Shown: in pieces, positions 1 to 12,841 of the stretch
Numbering within the stretch: the first letter of the stretch is position 1
Layout of the letters: each line of letters opens with the position of its first letter
Assembly: GCA_047495785.1 (NCBI GenBank)
Contig: JBLDXI010000017.1
Location: 2,170,001 to 2,234,000 of the forward strand
Direction: 5' to 3'
DNA length: 64,000 nucleotides
From: Lepidodermella squamata
Taxonomy: Eukaryota; Animalia; Gastrotricha
Notes under the pieces: model-generated
Databases searched by the model: none
Seen by the model: the letters and a program-made list of their open reading frames with translations, nothing else
Told to the model about the DNA's origin: nothing
Position numbers and translations under genes: made by a program

Positions 1-191
1 TTAGTCCTGTTATAAGTCCCCCTAGGCTCAAGCCACGTCCGCAGTCGGCGCCTCCTTTAACCAACATCGAAATGGAGGCAGCTAAAGATTGCCGTTCAAT
101 GGTATGAATTTGAAAATAATGTTAGCTTCATGATTTCTGGTTCTTTCAGGCTATGGCAAGGCTTAAACAAAGATACCCTGGTTTCAGCTAG
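1..191 (+). CDS. 3' end of an unidentified gene truncated by the window start (last two exons)
   Basis: Open frame 3-101 (SPVISPPRLKPRPQSAPP...DCRSM), GT donor at 102, ttcag acceptor at 149, last exon 150-191 AMARLKQRYPGFS-TAG. Confidence 0.5.
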
Positions 192-693
192 TTTTAGGTA
201 ATTTTTCTTCCCGCAAATTTATTCTTGTTTATACTTAAGCTGCATTTCAGCTCAACGAATTATTATAAAATATCAAAAAACTTCGATCGAAGCTTTTCCA
301 ATCCGGTGCAATTTGTGATCAAATTACTGTATTTAATCAAATAATGTTGAGCACATCGATTAAAAATTGTTGTAATTGTTGTAATATTGAGGTTTTATCT
401 GAAAATAAAGAAGAAATTGATTTGGCTATTCGTGCCGTTTTATTATCACACTTTCGCTGTCATTCCATGGAATGAGGCAATTTTTTTTTATCAAATGAAA
501 GCACTTTACCGCTGATGATTCATATTAAGTTTTTATTTCAATGGTTCTATGCTACAAGCAGAATTTCAGATAGATTAAAGCAACCATAATGGAAAGCTCA
601 TAATATCAATTGCACCGTTGTCACTAACAAAAATAAGGGTAATACGTTTCGTGTTCAATTTATTTTTGGCAGAAAATAGTCAAATTTGTCGTT

Positions 694-1583
694 TCACTGC
701 GCAGGTGGAGTATCCGGTTGATGATCAGGGTGCGTAGTGCGAAATTCGTCCATTTGCAGCAGATTCTCGTTAATTCGTTTAATAATCGGAAAATCGTCAA
801 GCGGAACCTTGAAACGATTAGCGTTGTAAACCTGAGGCACCAGGGCCAAATCAGCAATAGTAACTTCATCGCCCAGACAGTATTTTCCAGCCAATTGCTG
901 CAAATCTGTTTCCAAGGCCTTGAAGCCAACAGTAATCCAATGAGTCGCCTTAAAATTTGTGGTTTATTTTTAATTAGTTTTTTAAGGTGGATTTATTGTT
1001 TTACCCATTCCGTGCGTTTATCTTCGTCCAGCTTTTTCAGAACAGCAAGGTTCTGAACAGGCTGGATGCCAGCGATGACTTGAAGCGCCAAGGAGCGTGC
1101 CTGGTCGTAAAATGACATTACAGGCGGATGAATAATTAAAAACCGCAGATAGAAAAAATCGATTTGTATCATAATATTTTCGTGAATACCTGAGCGCGTT
1201 TTATAGGGTCGCGTGGCAATAAATTGGTGTGCCCAGGCCGCGTCTCGTCCAGATACTCAATGATAGCCATGCTTTCAGTCAGCGTATGCCCATCGATGAC
1301 GAGCGCAGGAACTTTACCGGCTGGGTTTACAGCCAGGTAATCATCACTGCGCTGGTCGCCTTTCAACAAATTGATCGTCTTGTACTCGTAATCAACTTTT
1401 TTCAGCGCAAGTGCTAATGGATTAAATTATTTGAAAAAAATCGAATATAAATTCAATGATTTTACCGATTCGAACGCGCCATGAACAAGAGCTTCGAAAG
1501 TACGAATACAAAATAGGCTGATGAAATAATTCACTCGCGTCAATATGACCTAATTCAATCGATAATTAACTCACCTTAGCCAT
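694..1583 (-). CDS. GSTZ1: Glutathione S-transferase zeta / maleylacetoacetate isomerase (multi-exon)
   Basis: Spliced MAK|PILYSYFRSSCSWRVRI|ALALKK...NPAGKVPAL...ESMAIIEYLDET...GIQPVQNL...ADLALVPQVYNANRF...HPDHQPDTP; the SSC active-site motif is diagnostic of zeta-class GSTs; GT-AG introns about 50 nt. Confidence 0.95.
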
Positions 1584-2017
1584 GTCACCCACCGATCGAT
1601 AAATACACGGAGTAAGAAGCCTAGATAGGGTTTATAGATGACATGTTTTTTATTAAAACCGCAATTATTATTTCCTTGTATTTGTATCTTTTATTTGCTG
1701 CGCGATTGTAATTTTCAACACATTATCAACGCATACTTGTAAACTGTTCATTTTTTTCATTATTTAAACCGAGTAGTGAATGGACCACAGAAAAATGACA
1801 CGCAATATTCTGTTTCGCTTACTTGATACGTCACGTATGTATAATAGGATACTACGCTTCGAAACAAGGGGTACAGACACGACGATTTCAGTAGCGTAAT
1901 CATCTCACAAATCTACCTACTCTGCTTTGTACAAATATTTCAATAAACATAGATTTTCAATAATCATTAATCAGCGAGCAGAGACGGGAAAAAAATCATC
2001 GTAAATTTTCATTTTAT

Positions 2018-2056
2018 TTAATAATAATAATAATAATAATATTAATAATAATAATA
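2018..2056. repeat. (AAT)n microsatellite
   Basis: taataataataataataataat...aataataataat, within the putative PPM1 3' UTR. Confidence 0.85.
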
Positions 2057-2474
2057 CATAGGATTTACATTTGTATTTCTTTCCATTCAATCAATCAACT
2101 GATCAACATAGGATTGATCGAATATTCTATAGCAAGTAACACTGGGTCGACGGAGCTGCGTTGTAACGGATAGAAAAATTCAAAGCAGAGCATCGCGTCG
2201 AAAAAATTTCTATGATGATGATGCCAAATTACCGAACGCGAACGAAAAAGCAAGCAATTTTCTTTTTTTCAACTATCATCTTGCTCACAAAAAATTGATG
2301 AGACGAAATCGATTTGCGCGGGATCTGTTATTTTTTTTCATCTGCGTGAGTGTGGTATTTACAAGGCACGAGTGGTGGGATGATTACTCAATAATTACGA
2401 ATCATTTCCCTCGTTTTCAGCAACAATTTTACCTTAACACATATAATGAACACAACTCTCAGCAAAAAAGTTTC

Positions 2475-2499
2475 AGAAGAAGAAGAAGAAGAAGAAGAA
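2475..2499. repeat. (GAA)n microsatellite
   Basis: agaagaagaagaagaagaagaagaa; explains the spurious poly-E and poly-R ORFs here. Confidence 0.85.
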
Positions 2500-3878
2500 A
2501 GGAGTAAAAGCACAGACAATTTCTGTTTTTCTCACTTCAAAGAGAAAATAACGAAAAAATATTTCCTAAAAAAATCAGGAAAATTAAACTCAAATTTCTC
2601 TACCAAGTCACTCGTTGACAATTTTGGCAGCAATTACGTCCCTAAATGAGCGGTTTGTTCAAAGAAAACTTTACCTCACGTATTTACAATATGGTAAGAT
2701 GTAGGATTACTATTCAAAGTAACAAATCTGAACGTAGGCACATAAGACTTGATGTTGAGAGCGAGAGCGAGAGAGAGATGGAGATGTATAGAGCAGCTGA
2801 ATGATAGATAGAATATTTTGTTCCGGTTATACTTGGGCTTTCAGCGCCGCAAGATGACGATTAATCATCAAGTAGATTGGTATTTAATGTAAACAAATAC
2901 ATGAAACAACCACGATACGCTGGAAAGAAACTGTATAACAAATAGAGTTTGTGTGTCGAATTAATGCCAAATTTTTACTTGGCCGATTTCAAGAATAGTT
3001 ATTTATTTTTCGTATTCAAAGCCTGGATAGAGCAGTAATACGCCTCGGATAGAAATATTCAGCATAAAATACCGCTACAACAAGGTTTTCCTTGTTTAGC
3101 ATGAGCTTGCTAGGTCGAAAAGGATCGTTATAAGAGTAGTGATAATGATGTTGAAATGAGGGAGACCAAATCGACGATGCTTGATAATATTCGATTTTAT
3201 TATTATTATTATTATTTGTTTTGATAGCTTTCGACCGAAATCAAAATATGAAGTCTCAAAACATCACCGTGTACAGAGGCAAAAGCGCATTGTCAAAAGA
3301 ACACAGACACGCAGGTGGAGCCAGCGCGCACATCAGGTATAGTTATATCGCATCAAGGTAAATAACATCATCATGATCAATCATTTAATCAATCATCACA
3401 CACACATAAAGTATTATCGTTATTGACAAAATGTGCAAAAAGACTTGCAGCCGCGAACACAGCCTCAGTTACGTATATATTTCCGGTTTCAGCCATGACT
3501 ATTTCTGCGGTCGTTCACGACCGAAATGATAAATACAGAAATCAAGTTCAGGACAGCTCTATTTTTATTACTTAGTAATTCATTATCGGTATTATTATTG
3601 TATTATCGTCATTAGAAGAGACGGAACAGAGGAAAATTCATATCATTATAATGTATAATCATCAACTGTATGTGAGAAGCGCAACCGTTTTTCGAAAAAC
3701 AAGTCTAATATATATATAGCCAAATAATTTGTTTTTCTTTAAAAAACAAAGAACAATAATCATTCTCTGCAAGCTCGAATTTTTTAGTACACATATCATT
3801 CATATAACACTAGCATGTTACGGTGCCTTCGTCCAAGCGTACGTGTACGTGATCAATATGTCGACTGACGAGCGCACT

Positions 3879-5374
3879 TCACGGGTGAGAAGACCTCTCC
3901 GACTCGGAGTCTGACGCAGAGTCTGTCCGGTTCGTGTCGTCGTCGGCTTTTGGTGGCGGCCTCAGTTCATTGAACTTGTCTTCCATGATTTTTCGCCTGA
4001 AATCAAAATTAGCAAAATTTCTTCGAATAAATGACAGATTCTCTTACTTCGACGCAAGTCCACCAGCAGGAGGTAAATCTGGAATATTCCTTTCGGCCAT
4101 GGCATTCATGAGGGCGACCATGCTATCGATTCCCTGCTCGCTCTTGACCAACTCTTCAACCATGCTGCGAATTCTTTCGTTCAACTGCTCGTCCTTGGCC
4201 GCAGCTTCAGGGTCGTACTTGGGAGCCGCATCAAAAGCTACGATGATGATACTCATGTTGTCTCGGCTTCCCTGTAAAAATAAATCAAGATTAAATAAAA
4301 TAAACCAAAATATGTTAACCAACCTTGTAGAGGCATGTATCGATAACTTGATTGCATACTTCATCCAGCGATTTGGTTGTCTTTAGACGATCGCGGACAA
4401 ACGTCACCAAGTCCTCATTTGTCATGACGTCCCACACGCCGTCGCAAGCTAGAATGAGCAACTCGTCCTTGTCAGTTCGTTCATACCAGAAAACTTCGGG
4501 CTCGGGCGAAACAAGCTGCTTCGTCGCATCAAGATCCGCCGAAGATTTGTATTCGAAATCACCAAGAGCGCGAGAGACGGCCAGGGCACCGTTAACTCGC
4601 TGAATCATAACACTGCCACCAGCTTCTTGGATTCGCTTCTTTTCGCGTGCAAGGGTTGGCTTGTGATCAATAGACTGCACAAAAATCAACATAAAGGCCG
4701 CAAAAAACTAGGTCAAATTTTACCAACCTTTAGGACAACCTTTCCTTCGGCTGTTGAAAGAATGCCACGAGAATCACCGCAATTAGCCAGGAAAATGTAC
4801 TTGGGTGTAATAAAAGCACAAACTGCAGTAGAACCACTTTTTTCGGAGCCATTAGAAAATTCGGGCATGTTGCGAAGATTTTCATCCATGGTCAAGAAAC
4901 CAAGGCGGATGCCTTCAACGATATTAGCAGCATCTGCTGGTGGGGGAGCACCGAGACTCTCGTCATCGTTTCCTTCTCCTTCTGGCGCCTGATTCAATCA
5001 AATGATTAATGAAAAAATATCATATCAAATATGCGTCATACTTGTTCCGTTTTCCCCTGACTTGAAGCATCTCTGGAAGGCAGAACTTGAGTTTTAGTTT
5101 CCCCATGGGGAGGCGTTAGGAAAGTGGGATGTTTTATGATTTCATTTAGCAGCTGATCTGAACAAATGGCCGATACTCTGGCACCAGCGTGTCCGTCAAA
5201 TACGGCGAAAAATGACCAATCCTTGAATTCACCTTCAAGGTCAACCTTGGCGCAGTGAGCATCTTCCATCTCTACGCGCCAGCCCTGCATGCTGCTGAGC
5301 GCGTAGATGAATCCCTTACCAGTTCCAGTATGCGTCGACTTATCGGTTTTAGGTTTGTTTAAAAATGCTCCCAT
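3879..5374 (-). CDS. PPM1A: Protein phosphatase 2C, PPM1A/PPM1B type (multi-exon)
   Basis: [10 protein letters not shown] (N-myristoylation-type start), [72 protein letters not shown]2C_C motif [10 protein letters not shown]; last exon ends SSHP-TGA at 3879. Confidence 0.95.
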
Positions 5375-6208
5375 TATGTTACTATAAACAATAAATCTAG
5401 AAGCAACAGTACAAGATAAGATTATCAAAAGATAAAAATAAGTAAGCTTCGATGCAGATAATCTGTGTACGAACTCACATGAGCAAGCTGTGTAAGTTTG
5501 GAGTGTTAAGTCTGCTACCAGTTAACAAGCCATACACAAAACAAAAATGAATCACTTGAATGAGCGCATTAATGAAGAGTCAATTCTTAGTATACCAAGA
5601 GTAATACTACACTGACTATTGACGAAGAATTCATCAGATTGGTCAGATACAGGTAGACAGGAAATAGTCGCGTGAACTTTTTGAAATTTTAGACACGACA
5701 ACGACCTTCAGCTGAGCTCCTCCTTTAATTAGACAGACATTTCAGCATATTAGATCCTAGATCCCAGATCCTGGAGACCAGTAAACGAAAATTGTTTGCA
5801 CGACACGGACAAACCAGATCCAAAACCAGAAAATCGACGCTTCAAACTCCACAGAAACTAATGCATAACATGGATTAGGGTTTGGGTTTTGATGATTATG
5901 GGCCAATAAATGATGCCAAAAACAGGAATGCGTCATCGCTGATTACAGTCATTAACAAAACGGCGCGACTTTAGAAAAGCTCATCCAAAAATCTATCAAA
6001 AAAAACTGAAAGCCCCAAAACAGCTTGGCCCGCTACGGCGTCACAAATCTCCCTCAGAAAATGTCTGGTATTCGGAAGCTAAATAATTATTTATAATAAC
6101 TAATTATGGAAAGCAAATGTTGTGTATTTAATAAGTTTGAAAACAAGATTACGACAGATTTCGCGGTAACTACATCTCTGTTTTTTATGGGCTGCAGAGA
6201 CCGCGACA

Positions 6209-6481
6209 TCAGATTTTTCCGACGGAAACGTCGGTAACTCCGGTATTATGGAGAGACGGGCCTTTCAAAGTGTAAGAGATGCGGCGTTGATTGAGAGGTT
6301 CACAATCACCCCGGCCCTCGTTCTCCAAAATGGAGCCCAATAGCGTCTTTTCGACGAGCTCACGAGGCAAGAGTGACCAAGCTTTATCTTTGTTGCACGT
6401 CACCTGATAAGTTTCCTCTAGCCAAATATCGTCTTGACGATTAGCGAAAACGTGACCGTATAGTTGGGATATAATAGGCAT
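6209..6481 (-). CDS. Small hypothetical protein (90 aa)
   Basis: ATG-initiated ORF with higher GC than its flanks, preceded by an acceptor-like aataag; no family recognised. Confidence 0.4.
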   Translation of the reverse strand: MPIISQLYGHVFANRQDDIWLEETYQVTCNKDKAWSLLPRELVEKTLLGSILENEGRGDCEPLNQRRISYTLKGPSLHNTGVTDVSVGKI

Positions 6482-6952
6482 GATGATCTTCTCGGCTTAT
6501 TTAAATTTCCGATTAAGATCTCTCATCTTCAACATTCAACATTCAGAAGAATAAATCGATGGGCGAGATGCAAGGCCGTGTTTTCCGTCGGAACAAGAAT
6601 GGGAGCACATTTTTTTGCTGATAGATATTACCAACTTGTCATTTTGAAAAATGGCCAAACTGTGAGATGTCTTCTGACGCCGAATACTTATAACAAGGTC
6701 AAAAGTCGACTAGCTCATTAGAGAACTTTCACAAAATTAGGGAAATTCGCTTACTTAAGGTATATTTGAGACTGACCTAAGTTTCGGGTTTCACCTTAGT
6801 TCTAATGTACAGTTTTAGTTGGAAACCTTCAACTTTCGTACTTTTGAACGATAACTGACTGAACATTGAAACAATCATTTTTGAATGGCTATCGATTTAA
6901 TTGTTATTGATGTTTTCAACCCTAGTGGATTTTTGTGAATCTTGAAATGGAC

Positions 6953-7138
6953 ATGCAAAAGAGCTCCTTCCTGAAGCCTCAGGCTATGCAGCTGTTTCGC
7001 CGCAACATTGTTGCTGGACCACCAAGCTACCGCATGGCTTTTCCGGCCAAATTGGTGCACATGACCATCATCTTCGGCAGCATTATGGCATTGCCCGCCT
7101 ACATTGCATACAATGTCCAGAACTATCGGAAACGCTAA
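6953..7138 (+). CDS. COX8: Cytochrome c oxidase subunit VIII (invertebrate type)
   Basis: Mitochondrial presequence-like N-terminus, IVAGPP...AKL, one TM helix ending LPAYIAYNVQNYRK, matching the invertebrate COX8 pattern (GPP...EK...PAWVL.HI..YK); alternative in-frame ATG at 6947. Confidence 0.85.
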   Translation: MQKSSFLKPQAMQLFRRNIVAGPPSYRMAFPAKLVHMTIIFGSIMALPAYIAYNVQNYRKR

Positions 7139-7474
7139 CATGCTGATCAGCGCCATCTTGAAGTAAAAACTTTAATTAGCCGAATCACTTTTCATGGAGA
7201 ATTTGCGAATTAGTTTATAACCTTATAATACGAGATTTAACTAAGTATGTACACCTTCTGGTCGAGTAACTTCGGTTAGTAGCCCATAATTGTTCCTCTG
7301 AGAGCACTTGAAGATGAAGATTCCTCTCCTTAACGTAACATTGTTTAGCGAGTGAAGTTTACTGCCATGATTGAAATCCCCAAATGCTAGATAGAGGAGA
7401 AAAATAAAGTGAAAACCGGTATCGCCTGTTTTATATTATGTCATTGTCTTTATTTAGGTCTTATTTTATTGAAA

Positions 7475-10120
7475 ATGTTAAAATTGTGCGTTTTCGCCAT
7501 ATTTATTCATATGCTGTTCCTCTATTCAGTGTTTGATCTGTATTTCACTTCACCTCTCGTATCCGTACCGCACCATTACGCGATCTCAAGCGAACCAGTC
7601 GCTAAGCGGTTGGTTCTATTCGTTTGCGATGGCCTTCGTGTGGACAAGTTTTTCAACGGAAACGTTAAGAATGCACCTTTCCTGAGAAAAATAATGGCTG
7701 GCGGTGCTGCTTATGGTATTTCTAACACAAAGGTTCCCACAGAGTCAAGGCCTGGACATGTCGCTATGATTGCTGGCTTTTATGAAGATGTAGCTGCAAT
7801 AACAAAAGGTTGGAAGGAAAATCCTGTCGAATTCGATTCGGTTTTCAATCAATCACGGCACACGTGGTCTTGGGGTAGTCCTGACATTCTTCCAATGTTT
7901 GAAAGGGGCGCAGTGCCTGGCCGAGTCTCGGTTAGTATGTACGACAGCTCTTTCGAGGACTTCGCGAAAAATGCCAGTGTTTTGGATATTTGGGTCTTCG
8001 AACATGTTAACAAATTTTTCGAGGATAATCGGCAACTGAAATTATTAAACGAAGGTCAGCTGGTATTCTTTTTACACCTCCTCGGCACTGATACCATCGG
8101 ACACGCTGATAAGCCTCATTCCCCGAAATATTCGGAAAACGTTGTTCTGGTCGACCGTGGCATTGAACAAGTATCTAAATTGATCGAAAATTACTTCAAC
8201 GATGGGAAAACTGCTTTTATTTTCTCGAGTGACCACGGAATGCGAGATTGGGGATCACATGGCGCGGGCCATCCTGATGAAACAATGACTCCATTCGTAG
8301 GCTGGGGAGCCGGTTTTTCTAATTCTAAATTGAAAGTTGCTGATAATCATGACTTTTCTGACATTTCAAAAATTCCTCAAATTGCTCAAGCTGATATTGC
8401 TCCGTTGATGTCGTGCTTGATTGGTGTCAACTACCCGGCTAATTCAGTTGGAAAGGTGCCGATCGATTTCCTCAATGTGGACGATCGTTACAAAGCTGAT
8501 TGTTTGCTGACTAATGCTCAGCAACTCGCCGAAACAGCCGTAAATCAGCACTACGCGTACAAAGCTCGGTCGTTACTGTCGTTTTCTCCTTACCCTGATT
8601 TCGATATCGAACTGATTGAACAGAATTTGCTGAGAATGAAAGAATTGGCGGCAAAAGGTCAACTGAAGGCAGTTCAGCAACAAGCTTCTGTTTTTATTGA
8701 TCACATGTTGGCCGCTACTCGTTATTATCATACGTACAACAACACTTATCTCGGTATTGCGGTGACCTCTGGCTTTCTACTCTGGATCTCTTACGTGATT
8801 TCCCATTTGATGGTCGACTATCATTCGGAGTCGAGAAAAGCGAAGTTCAATTTATACAGCTGCAAAAATTTTGTTATTTTCGCAATTTCTGGTGTTGTTT
8901 TCATGATTTTGCTGCTGAAAAAATCCCCGATTTCTCATTATGCATACTGGCTTTTGCCGGTCTATCTCGGTTGTGATGTGTTATTCGGTCTAACCGAACG
9001 ATCAGGGGCTGCTTACGGCCAAATGGTCGGCTCTTTCAGAAATTTTATTTGTTTTATCGCCGTGCTGGGCGGTCTTGAAGCTGTTGTTTGGGCTTATTGG
9101 TACCGTAAAGCGCTGGCAATTGCAATAATCGGGCTAACTAGTTTCGCTGCAATCTTCTCTGGGTCTTACGTTTTTCCGTTCGCCATGTCGAGCCTTGTTA
9201 TCTTTCCCCTACTTCCACCGGCTGACTCGGGTCAACAAGCTTTCGAACTTGTTTATGGAGTTGCAATCGCTGTCCTGTTGGGCGTAATATTTTTCTCGTT
9301 CAAATCGCCTTATTTTCGACCGCATTGTCCGGAAAAATGCGGCTTAGCTCGGAAATTCCAGATCGGCTCCCTGCTCGTTGCTTTGGTTGTGAAATTTGTG
9401 ACTGTTCAGGCGATTGCGAGTAGTTCGCATGTTCCAATTATCTGCCATATATTGTCATGGTTGATACTTATCGTCGTTTGGCTACCAATTTTTTACACAT
9501 GCCCGGCCGGAAATGGTCGGCTTTTCTCGATTTTCCTATCCATGTTCACAGTTTACTCACTACTGAGTGTTTACTACGAATCGCTGTATTTGGTTGCCCT
9601 CTTCGTGGTTCTACTCATCTGGGTAGCGAAGAGTCGGGAGCAGCGAAAATCGAATGACTTCGGCTCAGTTGTAGCCGATTCTTTCATACTCGTTATTTTA
9701 GTGAACGTCTCGCTATTAGCCCCGGCTAATATTGCTGTGATCAACAGCTTTGACCTGGTTTCCGTCTACACTTTCCTGACCCTTTTCGCTCCTTTTGTCA
9801 TCATGACATTACTAATTATTAAGGTGGTTATGCCTGTTCTATGCGTTGTCCTCGCTTTCGCTGAGATTTGCCACCTTAAAAATTACTCATTAACAACGTC
9901 TCTACTTCTCGTAATGTCCTTATCCGACTTTACGGCCTTACATTTTTTCTTCGCTGTTCGAACTGAGGGAAGTTGGCTTGAAATCGGAACAAGCCTCAGT
10001 CATTACTGTATCCAAATGTTTGCGGCTGTTGCTTTAATTCCTTTCATCGCAATCGCTCGATACCTGCTGTATGGCCAACCTTTACAACGAAAGTCTGTGC
10101 TGAATAGTAAAACCGCGTGA
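7475..10120 (+). CDS. PIGN: GPI ethanolamine phosphate transferase 1 (intronless)
   Basis: SVFDLYFTSP, AKRLVLFVCDGLR, VPTESRPGHVAMIAGFYED, GWKENPVEFDSVFN, FFLHLLGTDTIGH, SDHGMRDWGSHGAG, many C-terminal TMs, EGSWLEIGTSLSHY; first ATG at 7475 (the ORF track starts at a GTG). Confidence 0.97.
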   Translation: MLKLCVFAIFIHMLFLYSVFDLYFTSPLVSVPHHYAISSEPVAKRLVLFVCDGLRVDKFFNGNVKNAPFLRKIMAGGAAYGISNTKVPTESRPGHVAMIAGFYEDVAAITKGWKENPVEFDSVFNQSRHTWSWGSPDILPMFERGAVPGRVSVSMYDSSFEDFAKNASVLDIWVFEHVNKFFEDNRQLKLLNEGQLVFFLHLLGTDTIGHADKPHSPKYSENVVLVDRGIEQVSKLIENYFNDGKTAFIFSSDHGMRDWGSHGAGHPDETMTPFVGWGAGFSNSKLKVADNHDFSDISKIPQIAQADIAPLMSCLIGVNYPANSVGKVPIDFLNVDDRYKADCLLTNAQQLAETAVNQHYAYKARSLLSFSPYPDFDIELIEQNLLRMKELAAKGQLKAVQQQASVFIDHMLAATRYYHTYNNTYLGIAVTSGFLLWISYVISHLMVDYHSESRKAKFNLYSCKNFVIFAISGVVFMILLLKKSPISHYAYWLLPVYLGCDVLFGLTERSGAAYGQMVGSFRNFICFIAVLGGLEAVVWAYWYRKALAIAIIGLTSFAAIFSGSYVFPFAMSSLVIFPLLPPADSGQQAFELVYGVAIAVLLGVIFFSFKSPYFRPHCPEKCGLARKFQIGSLLVALVVKFVTVQAIASSSHVPIICHILSWLILIVVWLPIFYTCPAGNGRLFSIFLSMFTVYSLLSVYYESLYLVALFVVLLIWVAKSREQRKSNDFGSVVADSFILVILVNVSLLAPANIAVINSFDLVSVYTFLTLFAPFVIMTLLIIKVVMPVLCVVLAFAEICHLKNYSLTTSLLLVMSLSDFTALHFFFAVRTEGSWLEIGTSLSHYCIQMFAAVALIPFIAIARYLLYGQPLQRKSVLNSKTA

Positions 10121-10185
10121 TCCTTTGATAATCTTGAATAAATTGAAATTTTATCGATCCTCCTTAAATTTTTCCTTGCTTTTAG

Positions 10186-12469
10186 ATGTTACGAATAATA
10201 ATTATATCGTTGTTGTTTATCGTTGAAACTGCACGATGTAGTTATTTCGACGAAACAACTCTATATCGCGTAGAATGGCCGGGGAAATCGAAACCAGCCA
10301 CTGGTTCGCCGGACAGCATAGTGAAAATAGGAACAAAAAGTAACGAAAATTTCGTATGTTATATGCCAAAAGAAAAGGAAGAATCAGAAGCATTTGTAAG
10401 TTTTTCGCTAAATTTGGCATAATTTGGCATAATTTTTACGAAATTTCCCCAGGATTTGCGAGATTCTTTCTTACCAGCCCCGAATGAAATCGACCTGTTA
10501 AGGCCGTTGTTTGACAAGGACGTTTGCGTTCATAAAGTTACATCGTATTGGACTTACGAGCTGTGTCACGGCAAACATCTTCGCCAGTTTCACAAAGAAG
10601 AGAGCATTATCAAAATTTCCGGCCAAGAAGTTGTTGCGGTAAGACAACTCGAAAAATGAACTAAACATTTTTTAAGGTGGAATATTTTTTATTCTAGGAA
10701 TCAAGTTCTGCATCATATATTCTCGGCAATTACCACGAACCTGATTGGCGGAATCAAAAGATGATGAAGGAGAAGTACAAGGCTCAAGACCGGCCGCCAA
10801 AGTACCGTTTTTCTCGCATTGAGCTGCCGTACTATGCCGTTGACCTCGAACCCGGTGATTTATGCGACTTGACGGGCGAGCCGCGAAGAGTTCGAGTGCT
10901 TTATTTCTGCGAAACTAACACAAAGGCTGAATTTTACGACATTCAAGAAATTTCGACTTGCAGCTACGAAGTGCTAGTTTTCACGTCGTATTTGTGTGAT
11001 AACAAGAAATATCGAGCCGGTGCGTCGGCGAAAGATCTTTCTATCAAATGCTACGCTGGCGATGACAAGACACCGAGCAAACCCGTTGATTTAGCAAAAT
11101 TCAACCCGGCACCGCCTAAATATAAAGATATTTTCGGCCAGAAGAAAAAGCCAGAGGTCAAGGGCAAGAAAACCGAGGACGACGATGATGAAGATGACGA
11201 AGAATTAATCGATGATTTCTGGATTATGGACCAGTTCGGTCTTGGCCCTGCGCCGGATCTTGATGCCGAAGACCCGTTCAGCCGGTATGGCCGTAAGGAG
11301 TCGTTTGCGAAAATTCGAAAATCAATGGGTGATGGCAAATCGGGCTACCTGGTAAAACCGCCGCCCGCCCCGCCAAAGCCGCTTGTAACCGATTTTCAGT
11401 TGGTTAAAGACTTCTTACGTGGCACTTATTGCCTGCACGGTGGAATGCCAGGCGGCTGGTGGCGATACGAGTTGTGTTTCGGCCAATGGGCTCGGCAATA
11501 TCACGAGGAAATTTCCGACAGTCGCCACGGCACTGTTCGGACGGAGGTGACCCTGGGATACTGGAGGGGCGATAAACATTCCAAATGGCTGAAGGCGAAC
11601 CCTCATAAACGCCCGAAGAAGCCGGTTACGAGGCGGAAGTCGGTCACCTATTTGTATAGCGATGGCGATGTTTGCGATGCTACAGGCTTACCTCGTCAAG
11701 CCGTGGTCAAGGTAATTTTCGGTTCCTACTTTTTATTTGGAATATTTTATTCGCCCAAAAAAGAATTTTCGTGCTTACTTATTTGGTTTAAATTTGCATA
11801 AATTAAATGTGATTTTCTGGTCTAATCATCCTTAAAAAAATTTAAAGACTTTGAAATAATTTTAAGGAGGATTTTTTTTCAGAGTAGATAATTTTATTGA
11901 TTTTCCCTTTTAATTTTTTCCAGCTCACATGTAACCCTGCTGATACAAGTGAAGCCATGGGAATTTCTTTAACAGAACCTTCGACTTGCATGTACGAAAT
12001 TGATGTGATAGCTGGCGAGTGGTTGTGCAAAGCCGTTCAGGCTGCCGATGAAGATGGCATTTTCGACTTGGAATCAGTGATATCCTCCTTAAATCCCACC
12101 GACCAAACTACGCCTCTACTAGACTCAACCGTGCCGTCGATTAGTATTAAGGTGGAGGCTGTTTCGGATAATAACGTTCTAGTTACAGCCTCAGGGTCGG
12201 GTATTGAGGCGCCGCCGCCCGCACCCGGCTCGTCCACCTCAAAAACTGCTGATAGCAAGGCCCCTCCTGCTGACGCGCCGGCCCCGAATCAAAAGCCGAA
12301 AAATAGTGCGGAAAAGCAAGCAACTCCTGTGAAAACAACAGCCTCATCGACAACTACCCAAGCAACACCTGTTTCTAGTAGAGCAGAATCTACAGAGAAA
12401 ACGGCCAAAAAAGCGAAAAGTGACCAGAAGCAATCATCGAGTTCGGCCGCGAAAACTGCTGGAAATTAG
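10186..12469 (+). CDS. ERLEC1: ER lectin 1 (XTP3-B/erlectin) with two MRH domains (multi-exon)
   Basis: Signal peptide; MRH1 (YWTYELCHGKHLRQFH, GDLCDLTGEPR, EISTCSYEV..LC); MRH2 (GWWRYELCFGQWARQYH, GDVCDATGLPR, LTEPSTCMY..WLC); GT-AG introns near 10396, 10639 and 11712. Confidence 0.9.
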
Positions 12470-12841
12470 GCGATAAAAAACACACCTATATAAAATATGA
12501 CCATCAGTTTTACCTGTGATCTTTCGGTCTGCAAAACATACAAATAAATATGCCGATTTTTTTCGTTGCCATAATAATAATGATAATATTATATATATCA
12601 GAGGCGATTCGCTCTTGTAAATTATTTTGTGAATGAAAAAACGCCTTAGAAAAATATTGGTTGGTATTTGTATAATCTGTTCTCGTTTTTCGGACTCGCT
12701 CTTACTCAATTTCTGCAATTGCTATCATTCACGAGGTTCTTCGGTGTTTGATGAAAAAAACAACTTGTTTCAAAATGAATTAAATGAATTTTTTACGTTT
12801 TTTTTGTATCGAATTTATAGGTTTCCTATTAAAAACAAAAA

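Noticed and set aside
2295-2649. ORFs with poly-Arg and poly-Glu runs
   Set aside because: Produced by the (GAA)n microsatellite in AT-rich UTR-like sequence
5870-5892. ttagggtttgggtttt telomere-like sequence
   Set aside because: Only one true TTAGGG unit; compatible with chance
7409-7474. N-terminal extension of PIGN from the GTG start
   Set aside because: Eukaryotic gene; the region contains a pyrimidine tract and acceptor, and the first ATG at 7475 matches the usual PIGN start
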